Assembly (NCBI GenBank): GCA_963668645.2
Contig: CAXXWC010000019.1
Location: 192,001-256,000, forward strand
Reading direction: 5' to 3'
Origin: Desulfobacterales bacterium
Lineage (GTDB): Bacteria > Desulfobacterota > Desulfobacteria > Desulfobacterales > UBA2174
Length of the DNA: 64,000 nucleotides
Position numbers and translations under genes: made by a program. The notes under the pieces are model-generated. The model worked only from the letters and a program-made list of their open reading frames with translations, was not told the origin of the DNA and searched no databases. Shown in pieces: positions 53,861-63,666 of the stretch (positions within the stretch are counted from its first letter, which is position 1; the number at the start of each line of letters is the position of its first letter).

Positions 53861-55207
53861 TCAGTCGGATTCTTCCATCACCGGCACCCGCCAGAGCGTC
53901 AACATGATGAATGCCGCGACCAGGGCCGCGATGATCCAGTACCAAAAGCCGGCCGTCCATCCATACTGGTCCACCAGCCAACCGGTGAAGATTCCGGTCA
54001 TGGCGGCGCCGATGTAACCGAAGCCGTCGATGAAACCGGCGGCCGAGGCGGCGGCCTTGCGGCCGGCAAAATCCTGGGCCGCATGGCCCACCATCAGAAC
54101 GTGGGCCCCGTAAGTGCAAAAGCCGATCAGGGCCAGGCAGACCAGGCTCCAGATCCAGGCCCCCGGCGGTGCGTAATAGAACAGGTAGGAAAAGATGGCC
54201 AGGCCGAACAGACAGAGGCAGATGACCGGTGCCCGGCGGTTGTCGAAAAACTTGCCGGTGGCCCAGCCGCAAACGACCGCACCTGCAGAACCGGCCAAGG
54301 GCAGGATAGCCACCGTAAGGCCCGCGCTGCTGATCGTAGCCCCCTGGGCCTCGATGAGAAAGACCGGTGCCCAATAGAAAAAGCCGTAACGGATGATGTC
54401 CAGACAGAAGAAGGCGAGCGACACACCCCAGATGCGCGGGTTGGCCACGCAAACTTTGCAGGTGTAGGCAAAACCCATGTGCTTGTCCTCGGTCACTTTG
54501 CACACCGGCGCGGAGGTGGAATCGAGGGTCGCTTTTTCACCGGAGACGACTTTGCGCAACTGCTCGATGGGCGGCAGGCCCACTTCTTCGGGAGCGTTGC
54601 GCAGGCGGGTGACAAAGTGAATCGAGGAGATCAGAAACAGGCCGGCCGGCACCCAGAACAAGGTGCGCCAACCGTAGTTGGCCGCCAGGTAGGAGGCCAG
54701 CAACCAGGAATAGGCGTTGCCGATCTGGTAGCAGGACCCCATGAGCCCCATCCATTTTCCCCGCTGGGCCACGGTGAACCAGTTGGCCATGGTCTTGACC
54801 TGGGGCGCCCAACCCATGGACTGAAAGTAGCCGTTCAACCCCCACACCACCAGCATGAAGGCAAAGGCGGTGGAAAAACTGAAGATGATGTTCAGCAGGG
54901 CCGAGCCGATCATGCCCACAAAGACGAGCTTGCGGGCCCCGAATTTGTCGCCCAGCTGACCGTTGACGAACTGACCGATGGAATACATGACGAAGAGTGC
55001 TGTGCCCAAAAGGCCCAGCATGGTTTTGGAAAGGCCGAACTCTGCCGCGATGCCGGGCAAGGCGAAGGACATGTTGGCGCGGCACAGATAAAAGGTTCCG
55101 TAAGTAATCCAGATAGTGACGAAGGTCCTGACCTGCCAGCTGCGCCAAGCGGAATGAATCTGCGCACCGGTCATCGTGCTCGTATCATACATGGTTCCTG
55201 TGGTCAT
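53861..55207 (-). CDS. MFS transporter, OPA (GlpT/UhpT/PgtP) family
   Basis: YLCRAN, NGYFQSMGW, WF...RG, PEEVGLPPIE, IIRYG. Confidence 0.88.
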   Translation of the reverse strand: MTTGTMYDTSTMTGAQIHSAWRSWQVRTFVTIWITYGTFYLCRANMSFALPGIAAEFGLSKTMLGLLGTALFVMYSIGQFVNGQLGDKFGARKLVFVGMIGSALLNIIFSFSTAFAFMLVVWGLNGYFQSMGWAPQVKTMANWFTVAQRGKWMGLMGSCYQIGNAYSWLLASYLAANYGWRTLFWVPAGLFLISSIHFVTRLRNAPEEVGLPPIEQLRKVVSGEKATLDSTSAPVCKVTEDKHMGFAYTCKVCVANPRIWGVSLAFFCLDIIRYGFFYWAPVFLIEAQGATISSAGLTVAILPLAGSAGAVVCGWATGKFFDNRRAPVICLCLFGLAIFSYLFYYAPPGAWIWSLVCLALIGFCTYGAHVLMVGHAAQDFAGRKAAASAAGFIDGFGYIGAAMTGIFTGWLVDQYGWTAGFWYWIIAALVAAFIMLTLWRVPVMEESD

Positions 55208-55271
55208 TGGTTCCTCCTGGGTTCCTCCTGCACGGGCTGCGCGTGGCGAGGGACGCCTTCTGCCGACCCGA

Positions 55272-55760
55272 TTATTGGTCTTGCCTGAGATTGCCCATGA
55301 GAATGGGCTTGGGTGTCTCCTTCTTGATCAGGGCGCCCAATTTCGCTTTCACGCCCACCGGATTGCCGATGGGCTTACCGCTCGGGTTGAGGTAGATACC
55401 GACTTGCACGAAACGCTTGTAGATGTCCTTCTTCATGGTCGTCTTGAAGTCCACCTCGCCTGTTTCGCTGACCGTGAGAACATGGGGCGCGGGGCCGATC
55501 CCCTCGAACATCTTGCTTTTTGTATTTACAAAAAATGCGGTGTAAAGCCCCTTGGGGTCCAGGCCGCTGATCCGGATGGCCAGATCGGTGCCGTTGGCCG
55601 TGTCGATCACCAGCTTGCCTTGGGCCTGACCCGCGACACCCTTGACGAGCACCAGAGCCACCTCTTTCGAGCCGCCTTGCTGGGCGGTTTCCGCCGAACA
55701 ACCAACGCAAGTTCCGCACAGGATAAAAGCCGCCATGATCGTGAAATAAACGTTTCTCAT
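55272..55760 (-). CDS. Hypothetical lipoprotein
   Basis: Signal peptide ending CVGC, beta-rich body, operonic position. Confidence 0.7.
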   Translation of the reverse strand: MRNVYFTIMAAFILCGTCVGCSAETAQQGGSKEVALVLVKGVAGQAQGKLVIDTANGTDLAIRISGLDPKGLYTAFFVNTKSKMFEGIGPAPHVLTVSETGEVDFKTTMKKDIYKRFVQVGIYLNPSGKPIGNPVGVKAKLGALIKKETPKPILMGNLRQDQ

Positions 55761-55852
55761 AGGACACCCCCCTTCTGAAAAATTTCTGTTTCCTGGGCAG
55801 TGCTTTGCTAAACTCGAATCAGACCTCCCCGCCCCTCCCGGTCACGGCGGCG

Positions 55853-56659
55853 CTAATAGTCCAGCCGACCTTCCCGGAAGGCCTGTAGATAGCGGGCACA
55901 AAAGGCATCCTTGTCGGCAAGGGCCTCGGAGGCCGTAATCATGGCCATCAGCGCCTTGTCCGTGGGATCGGCAATGGCTGCGTCCATGCCCGCAAATCCG
56001 GCCAAGATCAAAAAGGCCTGATTCAGCAGCTTGCGTTTAGGAAGCCCGAAGGAAATATTGCTCAAGCCGGAGACCGTCCTGGCGCCCGGCAGTTCACGCT
56101 TGATCGCCTTTAAGGTCTCCAGAAATACCAGGGCGTTTTTCTGGTCGGTGGCCAGGGAAAGGACCAGGGGGTCGAAGTAAATATCTTCCAGGGGAATCCC
56201 GTACCCTTCAGCACTGCGGGCAATGGTCTTGGCAATTTCCAGCCTTTCGGCGCTGTTGGCCGGAATTTTTTTCTCCCGGTTGGTGGTCAGGGCAATGACC
56301 TTGCACCGGTTGCGCCCGGCCAAAGGCAGGATGGATTCCAGAACGGCCGGGTCTCCGTTGACCGAGTTGATCATGGCCCGCCCCTTGTGCAGGCGCAGCC
56401 CTGCTTCCATCACTTTCGGGTGCGCCGTATCCAGGCACAGGGGCAGCTCCGCTGCTTCCTGAATCAGAGGCACCAGCCATTCGAAGTCGGCGGCTTCCTC
56501 ATCCGGGTCCAGGGGCAGCCCGGAGTTGACGTCCAGGTAAGCGGCGCCCGCTTCGGCCTGGCGGCGGGCCAGATCCTGAATGAAGGCGGCATCGCGTTGC
56601 CGCACCGCCGCCTCCACGGCCTTGCGTGTGGTGTTTATTTTTTCACCGATGATTTCCAT
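55853..56659 (-). CDS. Methyltetrahydrofolate:corrinoid methyltransferase (AcsE/MT2-like pterin-binding)
   Basis: IIGEKIN, LDVN, CLDT, MINS, FDPLV, SGLSNISFGLP. Confidence 0.92.
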   Translation of the reverse strand: MEIIGEKINTTRKAVEAAVRQRDAAFIQDLARRQAEAGAAYLDVNSGLPLDPDEEAADFEWLVPLIQEAAELPLCLDTAHPKVMEAGLRLHKGRAMINSVNGDPAVLESILPLAGRNRCKVIALTTNREKKIPANSAERLEIAKTIARSAEGYGIPLEDIYFDPLVLSLATDQKNALVFLETLKAIKRELPGARTVSGLSNISFGLPKRKLLNQAFLILAGFAGMDAAIADPTDKALMAMITASEALADKDAFCARYLQAFREGRLDY

Positions 56660-56736
56660 GTGGTGGTGTCCACCCTTTCAGCATCATAGAGTTTCGGCCA
56701 TTTTCCCGGAGCGCCCTGGCGGCATCCGGCAGCGAT

Positions 56737-57897
56737 CTAATAAACGCCGAACTCGTGATACGCTTCGAACAAAGCCGCCACGTTTTCGATGGGTGTATCC
56801 ACCTGGATGTTGTGCGAGGTGCAGATGATGTAGCCGCCGCCTTTCTTGGTGTTGTCCATGGCGTACTTCACCATCTTGCGGACGTCTTCGGGTTTGCCCA
56901 GGGGCAGGACCTGCTGGATGTCCATGCCTCCTTGGAAGCTCAGATCCTGGCCGAATTCCTGCTTCAGGCGCTTGATGTCCATGTTGGTGGCCTGGGGTTG
57001 GAGCGATTGCAGGCAGTCCAGGCCGCTTTCGATAAAATCCGGGATCAGGGCGTAGACGTCGCCGCAGGTGTGGTACATCACCTTCAGGCCGAAGCTGTGG
57101 GCGATGTCGCAGTACTTGCGGAAGCCGTCCCGGAAATAGCGACGCCACATATCCAGGCTGAGCAGGGGGCCGCCCTGGCCGCCCATGTCGTCGCCCATCA
57201 TGAACATGTCGAATTCCCCGCCGCTGGCCGCAAAAACCTTGGGGTTGTAATTGACGAAGTATTCGAGGATATGGTCGCGGATGCACTCAACGATCTTGGG
57301 GTTCATGGCCAGATCGACGAAGGTCTGCTGGATGCCTCGCAGGTACATCATGGGCTTGAGCTGGGCGGTGCGGTCCAGGCGGTCGCCCTTGTTGAGCACG
57401 AAGTACTTTGGGTGCAGGACCTCGCATTCCGCCTTAAGATTGGAATAATCCCACCAGTCCGGGGACGGCCAGCGGGGGTAGGCATCGATCTCATTGACGG
57501 TCTGCATGTGCTCCAGGGGTGAATAGGCCACTTCGGTGAAGGTGCCCTCGTGGTCGGTGTCCTTGCCGTAAATCACCTTGCGGCGGCGCACGCCCCACAG
57601 ATCCTCCACCGTACCGTCGGAATGGGTCTTGAACTCCAGGCCCACATAGGCCGGCCCGTAGTTGTCACGGATGTCCACCCCCAGAAAATCCAGCAGTTCG
57701 GCTTCGCTCTCCAGACCCCAGTAGGTCATGCAGCGTTTCTTGATCTCCGGGACCATCCAGTTGTCGATGGGCACCCGGTCGGCCTCCTCGAAATTGATGG
57801 CCTTTAAACCCCGCTCGCGGGGCGACATCTTTTCGTTCTTGGCCCGCAGTTCGTTGATCTTGTATCGTCTGTTTTCATAAATTTTATCCGTCAGCAT
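56737..57897 (-). CDS. UroD/MtaA-CmuA-superfamily methyltransferase (putative MT1)
   Basis: DRVP, YLRG, GDDMG, YHTCG, GGMD, SHN. Confidence 0.85.
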   Translation of the reverse strand: MLTDKIYENRRYKINELRAKNEKMSPRERGLKAINFEEADRVPIDNWMVPEIKKRCMTYWGLESEAELLDFLGVDIRDNYGPAYVGLEFKTHSDGTVEDLWGVRRRKVIYGKDTDHEGTFTEVAYSPLEHMQTVNEIDAYPRWPSPDWWDYSNLKAECEVLHPKYFVLNKGDRLDRTAQLKPMMYLRGIQQTFVDLAMNPKIVECIRDHILEYFVNYNPKVFAASGGEFDMFMMGDDMGGQGGPLLSLDMWRRYFRDGFRKYCDIAHSFGLKVMYHTCGDVYALIPDFIESGLDCLQSLQPQATNMDIKRLKQEFGQDLSFQGGMDIQQVLPLGKPEDVRKMVKYAMDNTKKGGGYIICTSHNIQVDTPIENVAALFEAYHEFGVY

Positions 57898-57941
57898 GCC
57901 GGTACCTCCTTATGCCCGCGGGTTGAGCCCATCGCCGGGAG

Positions 57942-58577
57942 TTAGGAAAGCCATCTTTTGCACAATTGCACTCCCTGGGGAGCATCCGGCGCATAACCGT
58001 CGGCCTTGATCAGGGTGCAAAAATTCTGGTCAATGGGAGCCCCGCCGATGATCACCTTGACCTTGTCGCGCAGGCCATTGCTCTCCATGGCCTTGACAGT
58101 CTCGGCCATGGCCAGGCGGGTGGGGGTATAGAGGGCCGAGAGGGCCAGAATGTCCGGCCTGTATTGCTCGACGGCCGCCACGAACTTGGCCGGGGGGATG
58201 TCGATGCCCAGGTCGTGAACCTTGAACCCGGCCCCCTGGAGCATCATGGCCACGATGTTCTTGCCCACATCGTGCACGTCGCCTTCCACCGTACCGATGA
58301 CCACGGTGCCCTTGGGTGGAGCGTCGGATGCTTCGAAAGTGGGACGCAAGAGATCCAGAGACGCCTTCATGGCCATGCCGGCGGTCATAAGCTCGGGCAC
58401 GAAGGCCTTCTGGCAGGCGAAGGCCTTACCTACTGCATCCAGCCCGGCGATGAGGCCCTGGTTGAGGATGTCCATGGCAGGAATGTGTTCCACCTCCAGC
58501 GCTTTTCGGGTGGCCTCTTTGGCCTCCTGGATCTGCCCCTTTTCCACGAGCTGAGCGATGTTCATAAATGTATCCAT
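57942..58577 (-). CDS. Corrinoid (B12-binding) protein 1
   Basis: GTVEGDVHDVGKN, SAL, IIGGAP; GGAGG RBS before ATG 58577. Confidence 0.93.
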   Translation of the reverse strand: MDTFMNIAQLVEKGQIQEAKEATRKALEVEHIPAMDILNQGLIAGLDAVGKAFACQKAFVPELMTAGMAMKASLDLLRPTFEASDAPPKGTVVIGTVEGDVHDVGKNIVAMMLQGAGFKVHDLGIDIPPAKFVAAVEQYRPDILALSALYTPTRLAMAETVKAMESNGLRDKVKVIIGGAPIDQNFCTLIKADGYAPDAPQGVQLCKRWLS

Positions 58578-58704
58578 CTGATGCACCTCCATGACGGTTT
58601 GGATTTTGAACTCGCAGCGGATCACTTCCTCGAAGCGCATCGCTGTTGTTGCTCAGTTTGTTTGGATCGGCCCTAGGGATTTAGCCTTTGTTAAGAAAAC
58701 TGTG

Positions 58705-58776
58705 AGTATGGGTTTAGCAAGAAGCCCGTCAACTTGTCTGTGGAGATCTTGCGAAATTACGGGCAAATTTGCGAAA
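58705..58776 (-). promoter_or_regulatory. Putative sigma70 promoter of the corrinoid operon with upstream direct repeats
   Basis: Minus strand TTGACG-N16-CATACT; TTGCGAAA at 58749 and 58769 (20-bp period). Confidence 0.45.
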
Positions 58777-59041
58777 AAGTGATTTTTGAGGCGGATTCGA
58801 AATCGGTGGATCAGATCAACACCCCAAAGGTCACCGAGGTCATGTTGGGCTTGAGCGGTAAGCTGTCGGGGTGCGCGATGATGGAAAGCGCAGTCTGCCG
58901 GGTATCAGCTGTTCGACGAGCGAAGCCGAGGTGTACTGGCAAAAATTGAAACGAGAAGACACATATGATAGCGTATGTAAAGCGTCGGCTTCGTTGACAC
59001 CGCGGCGTGTTGTTCAAACTTCATGCGACAGGAGATGACGG

Positions 59042-59713
59042 ATGAATCGTTTGGTATCAGCGGTGGCGGTTGTCGTGTTCAGTGCCTGGATCGGCGTTTT
59101 CACAAGCGGCCCGCTTTGGGCCAAACCCCAATCGAAAGACGACAAAGACCGGTCCGAGAAGACCTGGCAAACAAGTGGCCAGGTCGATCGTCAGGGAAAA
59201 GCCAGCCAAAGCGGCCAGAAGGGCGGTAAACACCAGCAGGCCCAGAGCCAGGACCGCGGGCCCAGCCACGGCAAGGGCCAGCCCGGATTCACGAGCGGCG
59301 GTGGCCAACAGGGCCTCAAACAGGGCCGCAAGGCCGCCGGGAAGACCAGGAGCGCAGCCGTTGGAAAGTCGCAAACGGGCCGGAGCAAGGCGGCGGGACA
59401 CCATTTTGACGATCGGGCGCGCAACGCGGTGCGCCGTTACTTCAGCGAACACTGGCGTTCCGGACACTGCCCTCCCGGGCTGGTGCGCAACGGCAAACGC
59501 TGCGAGCCGCCGCGAGCGCCAAGAAAGTGGGCGGTCGGCAAACAGCTCCCCCGCGGGGTGATCTTCTACGATCTTCCGCCACGGGTGATCGAAGTGCTCG
59601 GCCCGCCGCCGCCAAGGCACCGCTACGTGCGCGTGGCCAACGATATCCTGCTGATCACCACCGGCATCGGTATGGTGGTGGATGCCATAGCGGACCTTCA
59701 GGCCATTCAGTAG
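59042..59713 (+). CDS. Secreted RcnB-like protein (CPPGL motif), paralog of 12193
   Basis: Signal peptide, G/Q/K-rich linker, VIFYDLP..LGPPPP.HRYVRVANDILLI. Confidence 0.75.
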   Translation: MNRLVSAVAVVVFSAWIGVFTSGPLWAKPQSKDDKDRSEKTWQTSGQVDRQGKASQSGQKGGKHQQAQSQDRGPSHGKGQPGFTSGGGQQGLKQGRKAAGKTRSAAVGKSQTGRSKAAGHHFDDRARNAVRRYFSEHWRSGHCPPGLVRNGKRCEPPRAPRKWAVGKQLPRGVIFYDLPPRVIEVLGPPPPRHRYVRVANDILLITTGIGMVVDAIADLQAIQ

Positions 59714-59770
59714 AAACGTTCACCGCCATGCTCGGTTTGACGCCCTGGAGTGCGGGAGTATATTTGCGGT

Positions 59771-60655
59771 ATGAAAACCCCCTTGAACATCACTGGTGGT
59801 GACATCGCCGGCGCCAGCCTGGCCGCTTCCGGGGTGCCCGGCGAAGTCTTTGTCTGGCACGACATCCTCTACGACGGGCCGCGCCAGCCGGGATGGCCCG
59901 GCGCAGAAGTTCTCGAGGCGCGGGCCCGCTTCCTCGAAGAGACCACCGGCGGCGGCCTCGGCCGGGAGCTGGTCTTGCGCACCCTCGCCGAGCAGTACGA
60001 CATACTGGCCGCTGCGGACCGTTACGATTCCGTCGTACTCTGGTTCGACGCCTGCCTCTTCGACCAGGCCATGCTGGCCCATATCCTGGCGATCCTGCCG
60101 CCGGCCGTGCGATCGAGCACCGAGTTGATCTGCGTCGACGCCTTTGACGGGATCGTACCCTTCCACGGGCTGGGCCAGCTCGACCCGCGGCAGATGGCCT
60201 CGCTTTACCACCGCCGGCGGCCGGTGACCGCGGCCCAGTTCGATTTCGCCCAGGTTGTGGACCGGGCCTTTGCCACCCAGAATCCGGCCCTTTTCGACCA
60301 ACTGGCCCGGACCTCTGACGCGCCCCTGCCCTGGGTGCCGGCCGCAGTGACCCGCTGGCGCCAGGAACTGCCCGATCCTGAAAGCGGCCTGGGCCGGCTC
60401 GAATCCATGGCCCTGGCGGCGATCGATCAGGGGTGCGAAACGCCGGCCGAGATTTTCGCGGCCGTTGCCGCCGCCGATACCCCGCCGCAATACTGGGGCG
60501 ATACGACCCTCTGGGCCAAAATCAACGCGCTGGCCGACCGCTCCCCGGCCCTGGTATGCATCCAAGGCCCCCTGCCGCGACTGCCCCAGTGGGAAGGAAT
60601 CGCTGACCTGAACCGCTTTCGCGTGACGCCCTCCCCTGCCCGGCCCTGCTCCTGA
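59771..60655 (+). CDS. DUF1835-family protein
   Basis: LNITGGD, WHDILYDGP, VLWFDACLFDQ, ELP..SGL, WGD. Confidence 0.75.
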   Translation: MKTPLNITGGDIAGASLAASGVPGEVFVWHDILYDGPRQPGWPGAEVLEARARFLEETTGGGLGRELVLRTLAEQYDILAAADRYDSVVLWFDACLFDQAMLAHILAILPPAVRSSTELICVDAFDGIVPFHGLGQLDPRQMASLYHRRRPVTAAQFDFAQVVDRAFATQNPALFDQLARTSDAPLPWVPAAVTRWRQELPDPESGLGRLESMALAAIDQGCETPAEIFAAVAAADTPPQYWGDTTLWAKINALADRSPALVCIQGPLPRLPQWEGIADLNRFRVTPSPARPCS

Positions 60656-60877
60656 TCTACGATCAGCTAAAATAGCACCCTCATGCATAGAGCCATAGAA
60701 CATGGCTCGCATTCATTTTATGCACAGCTTTTGACTTCGCCTCGAAATATGTTCTATAAATCAGTTAATTGAAGCATCTTCCCCTTCTCCATCTCCAAAC
60801 CAGTGCGGCACAACACCAATCACCCCATGTCACCGGGTGGCTTTTTCCACGCGGTGGAAGGGATTATCGCAAAGCGG

Positions 60878-63067
60878 ATGAGACGCACGCTATTGTTCTG
60901 GCTCATCGTACTGTCAGGCACCATGGTCGCTCTCCCGGCCGTGGCCACGGAGGACTATGCCCGGACCACCGGCAAGGGATGCGCCTTTTGCCACCACGCG
61001 TCAACCGGCGGCCCACTGCGCACCGCGGGACTTGCCTACATCCGCAACGGTTACCGCTACCCCATCAGCCAAACGGTACTCGAAAAGGCCGAGGCCCTCC
61101 AGAGGCCCGGGCACCGGGTGCTGCGCTGGGCCTTGGGCTATCTGCATCTTTTGGCCGCGGTGATTTTCTGCGGGGCGATCTTCTACATCCACATCTTCGT
61201 CGGACCCGCCAAACTCACCGGCGGCCTGCCCAAAGCCGAGCGCATTCTCGGCATGAGCTGCATGGCGGTGCTCACCGTAACCGGGGTCTACCTCACCTGG
61301 TACCGGATGGACCGCTGGGCCCAGTTCGTCGACAACACCATCGGCCTGATGCTCACGGTCAAGATCCTCCTCTTCGCCCTGATGGCCGCCATCGGGTTGA
61401 CGGCTGCCACGGTTGTCCATCGCCGCATGCGCACCGCGACCCTGAAGCCGCCGGCAGACGCCGATCCGCTGACCACACCTGCCCTTACATCGGCCGACGG
61501 CAAAGACGGCCGGCCGGCGCATATCGTTTTCGAAGGTACGGTCTACGACGTCTCGGCGAGCGAAAAATGGAAAGGCGGGCGGCACTTCGGCAAGCACCAG
61601 GCCGGTGCCGATCTGACCGCCGCCATGGCCGGCGCGCCCCACGGTCAGGAGGTCCTTGAAAAGGTTCCCCGGCTCGGCCCGCTGGCCGCAGGTGGCGGCA
61701 AAGCGCCAGGCGGCAGGATGCGCCGGATCTTCGTGGTGATGGCCTACACCAACCTGGTGCTGATTTTCCTGATCCTGGCCTGCATCGGTGTTTGGCGCTG
61801 GGGGCTGCCCCTGGCCTGGCTGCCCGCGAGCGCCCCGGGCAGCGCCGGGGCCGCGGTGCTGCCGGCTGAAAGCTGCGTCCAATGCCACAGCCAAAAGACG
61901 CCCGCCGTAGTGGCCGACTGGAAGAACAGCGCGCACGGGCGCCTCGACGTGAACTGCTACAAGTGCCACCGGGCCGGCAACGATGCCCTGATTCTCAAAA
62001 GCCACCTGGAACAGACCATCCAGCCGATTTCACCGGTGGTCAGCCCCGTCGCCTGCCGCGGCTGCCACCCCAGAGAGGCCGAAGAGTTTGCCCGCAGCAA
62101 GCACGCCAACACCCACCAGATCATGTGGCGGATCGATCCCTGGCTCAAAGACGGAATGAACAACGAACTCGAGCGCACCACCGGCTGTTTCGCCTGCCAC
62201 GGCACCCGGGTCGAGGTGAGCGGCGGCCGGCCGGATCCGGGAACCTGGCCCAACGTGGGCATCGGTCGCATCAATCCCGACGGCAGCCGGGGAAGCTGTT
62301 CCAGTTGCCATACCCGCCACCTGTTTTCTTTGGTCGAGGCGCGCAAACCCGAAGCCTGCGACCAGTGCCACCTGGGGCCGGACCACCCCCAGATCGAGAT
62401 CTATAACGAATCCAAGCACGGGACCATCTACAACGCCGAGGGACACCGCTGGCAATGGGACCCCGACGACCGGCGCTGGACGGCCGGTCGTGATTTCCGG
62501 GCACCGACATGCGCCTTCTGCCACATGTCGGCCGCCGGTACCGTTGCCAGAACCCACGACGTCACCGAACGGCTCGCCTGGGAACTCCAGGCTCCCCTCA
62601 CGGTGCGGCCCCAGGATTTCGCCCCTCTGCCGGCGGCCTCCACCTGGCAGGCCGAACGGGACAAGATGGTCGCCGTCTGCCGCCAGTGCCACGCCGAAAT
62701 CTGGGCGAGGGGCCACTTCGCCAACCTCGACGCCACGGTGGCCCATTACAACGACACCTACTACCGCCCGGCCCGGGTCCGGATGGACGCCCTCTACGCA
62801 GCCGGCCTCCTGTCGGGCGAACGGTACTTCGACGAGCCGCTGGAGTGGGAATTCTACGAGCTGTGGCACCATGAGGGGCGCCGGGCCCGCATGGGCACGG
62901 CCATGATGGCCCCGGACTACGCCTGGTGGCACGGCTTCTACGAACTCAAGCACCGCCTGGGCACTTTTTCCGACGAAGCCCGACGGCTTGAGGCGGGAGG
63001 TGCCGCCCCCCGCTGGGACGCCTTTCCCGGACGTTTCAAACCCCGCCCCAAGGGAGGATCGCCATGA
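60878..63067 (+). CDS. Fusion of monoheme c, membrane domain, cytochrome b5-like domain and octaheme HAO-family cytochrome c
   Basis: Nine CXXCH; VYDVS..W..G.H..H.AG.DLT..APHG b5 motif; CHLGPDHPQIEIY and WHHEGRRAR..PDYAWWHG. Confidence 0.88.
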   Translation: MRRTLLFWLIVLSGTMVALPAVATEDYARTTGKGCAFCHHASTGGPLRTAGLAYIRNGYRYPISQTVLEKAEALQRPGHRVLRWALGYLHLLAAVIFCGAIFYIHIFVGPAKLTGGLPKAERILGMSCMAVLTVTGVYLTWYRMDRWAQFVDNTIGLMLTVKILLFALMAAIGLTAATVVHRRMRTATLKPPADADPLTTPALTSADGKDGRPAHIVFEGTVYDVSASEKWKGGRHFGKHQAGADLTAAMAGAPHGQEVLEKVPRLGPLAAGGGKAPGGRMRRIFVVMAYTNLVLIFLILACIGVWRWGLPLAWLPASAPGSAGAAVLPAESCVQCHSQKTPAVVADWKNSAHGRLDVNCYKCHRAGNDALILKSHLEQTIQPISPVVSPVACRGCHPREAEEFARSKHANTHQIMWRIDPWLKDGMNNELERTTGCFACHGTRVEVSGGRPDPGTWPNVGIGRINPDGSRGSCSSCHTRHLFSLVEARKPEACDQCHLGPDHPQIEIYNESKHGTIYNAEGHRWQWDPDDRRWTAGRDFRAPTCAFCHMSAAGTVARTHDVTERLAWELQAPLTVRPQDFAPLPAASTWQAERDKMVAVCRQCHAEIWARGHFANLDATVAHYNDTYYRPARVRMDALYAAGLLSGERYFDEPLEWEFYELWHHEGRRARMGTAMMAPDYAWWHGFYELKHRLGTFSDEARRLEAGGAAPRWDAFPGRFKPRPKGGSP

Positions 63068-63666
63068 AACGCATGCTCGCTGTCACCCTGCTGGTGGGTG
63101 CCGGCATCCTGATCGCTTTTCCTCTTTTTTCCATGACCTACTACACCATGGTGCGCACATCGACCCCAGAGTTTTGCGCCTCCTGCCATGAAATCAAACC
63201 GGCCGTGCGCGCCTGGCAGGCCTCGACCCACACCAACAACGCCCCCGGGGTGGTGGCCGACTGCATGGACTGCCACCTGCCCGCCCCCCACCGGACCTTT
63301 GAATTTTTCTTTGCCAAGACCTACCACGGCGCCAAGGACGTGGTGAAACACTTCCTCATCGAAACGTACGACCGGGAAAAGAATCGCCAGGCCGCCTACG
63401 CCGGCTTCACTAATGAGGAGTGCCAAAAGTGCCACCGCAACCTGATCTTCATGCCGGCCCGGCGCGGCGCCATGCTGGCCCATCGTAGCGTCCTCTACGC
63501 CCGTGCCGGCTACGAAAAAAAGTGCGTCGACTGCCACTACGATCTGGTGCACGACGACAAGATCCAGATGATGTACCGCCAGTACCGCAAGACCCCTTAC
63601 CAGGCCAAGGGACTGCGCGTGGAAAGGCTGGACATGGAACGCCCGCAAACGGGGAAAGGAGTATGA
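63064..63666 (+). CDS. NapC/NirT/NrfH-family tetraheme cytochrome c
   Basis: N-terminal TM, TSTPEFCASCH, CMDCH, CQKCH, CVDCH. Confidence 0.9.
   Translation: MKRMLAVTLLVGAGILIAFPLFSMTYYTMVRTSTPEFCASCHEIKPAVRAWQASTHTNNAPGVVADCMDCHLPAPHRTFEFFFAKTYHGAKDVVKHFLIETYDREKNRQAAYAGFTNEECQKCHRNLIFMPARRGAMLAHRSVLYARAGYEKKCVDCHYDLVHDDKIQMMYRQYRKTPYQAKGLRVERLDMERPQTGKGV

Noticed and set aside
58580..59040. Cobalamin riboswitch upstream of the corrinoid operon
   Set aside because: No B12-box signature found; only a short leader hairpin.
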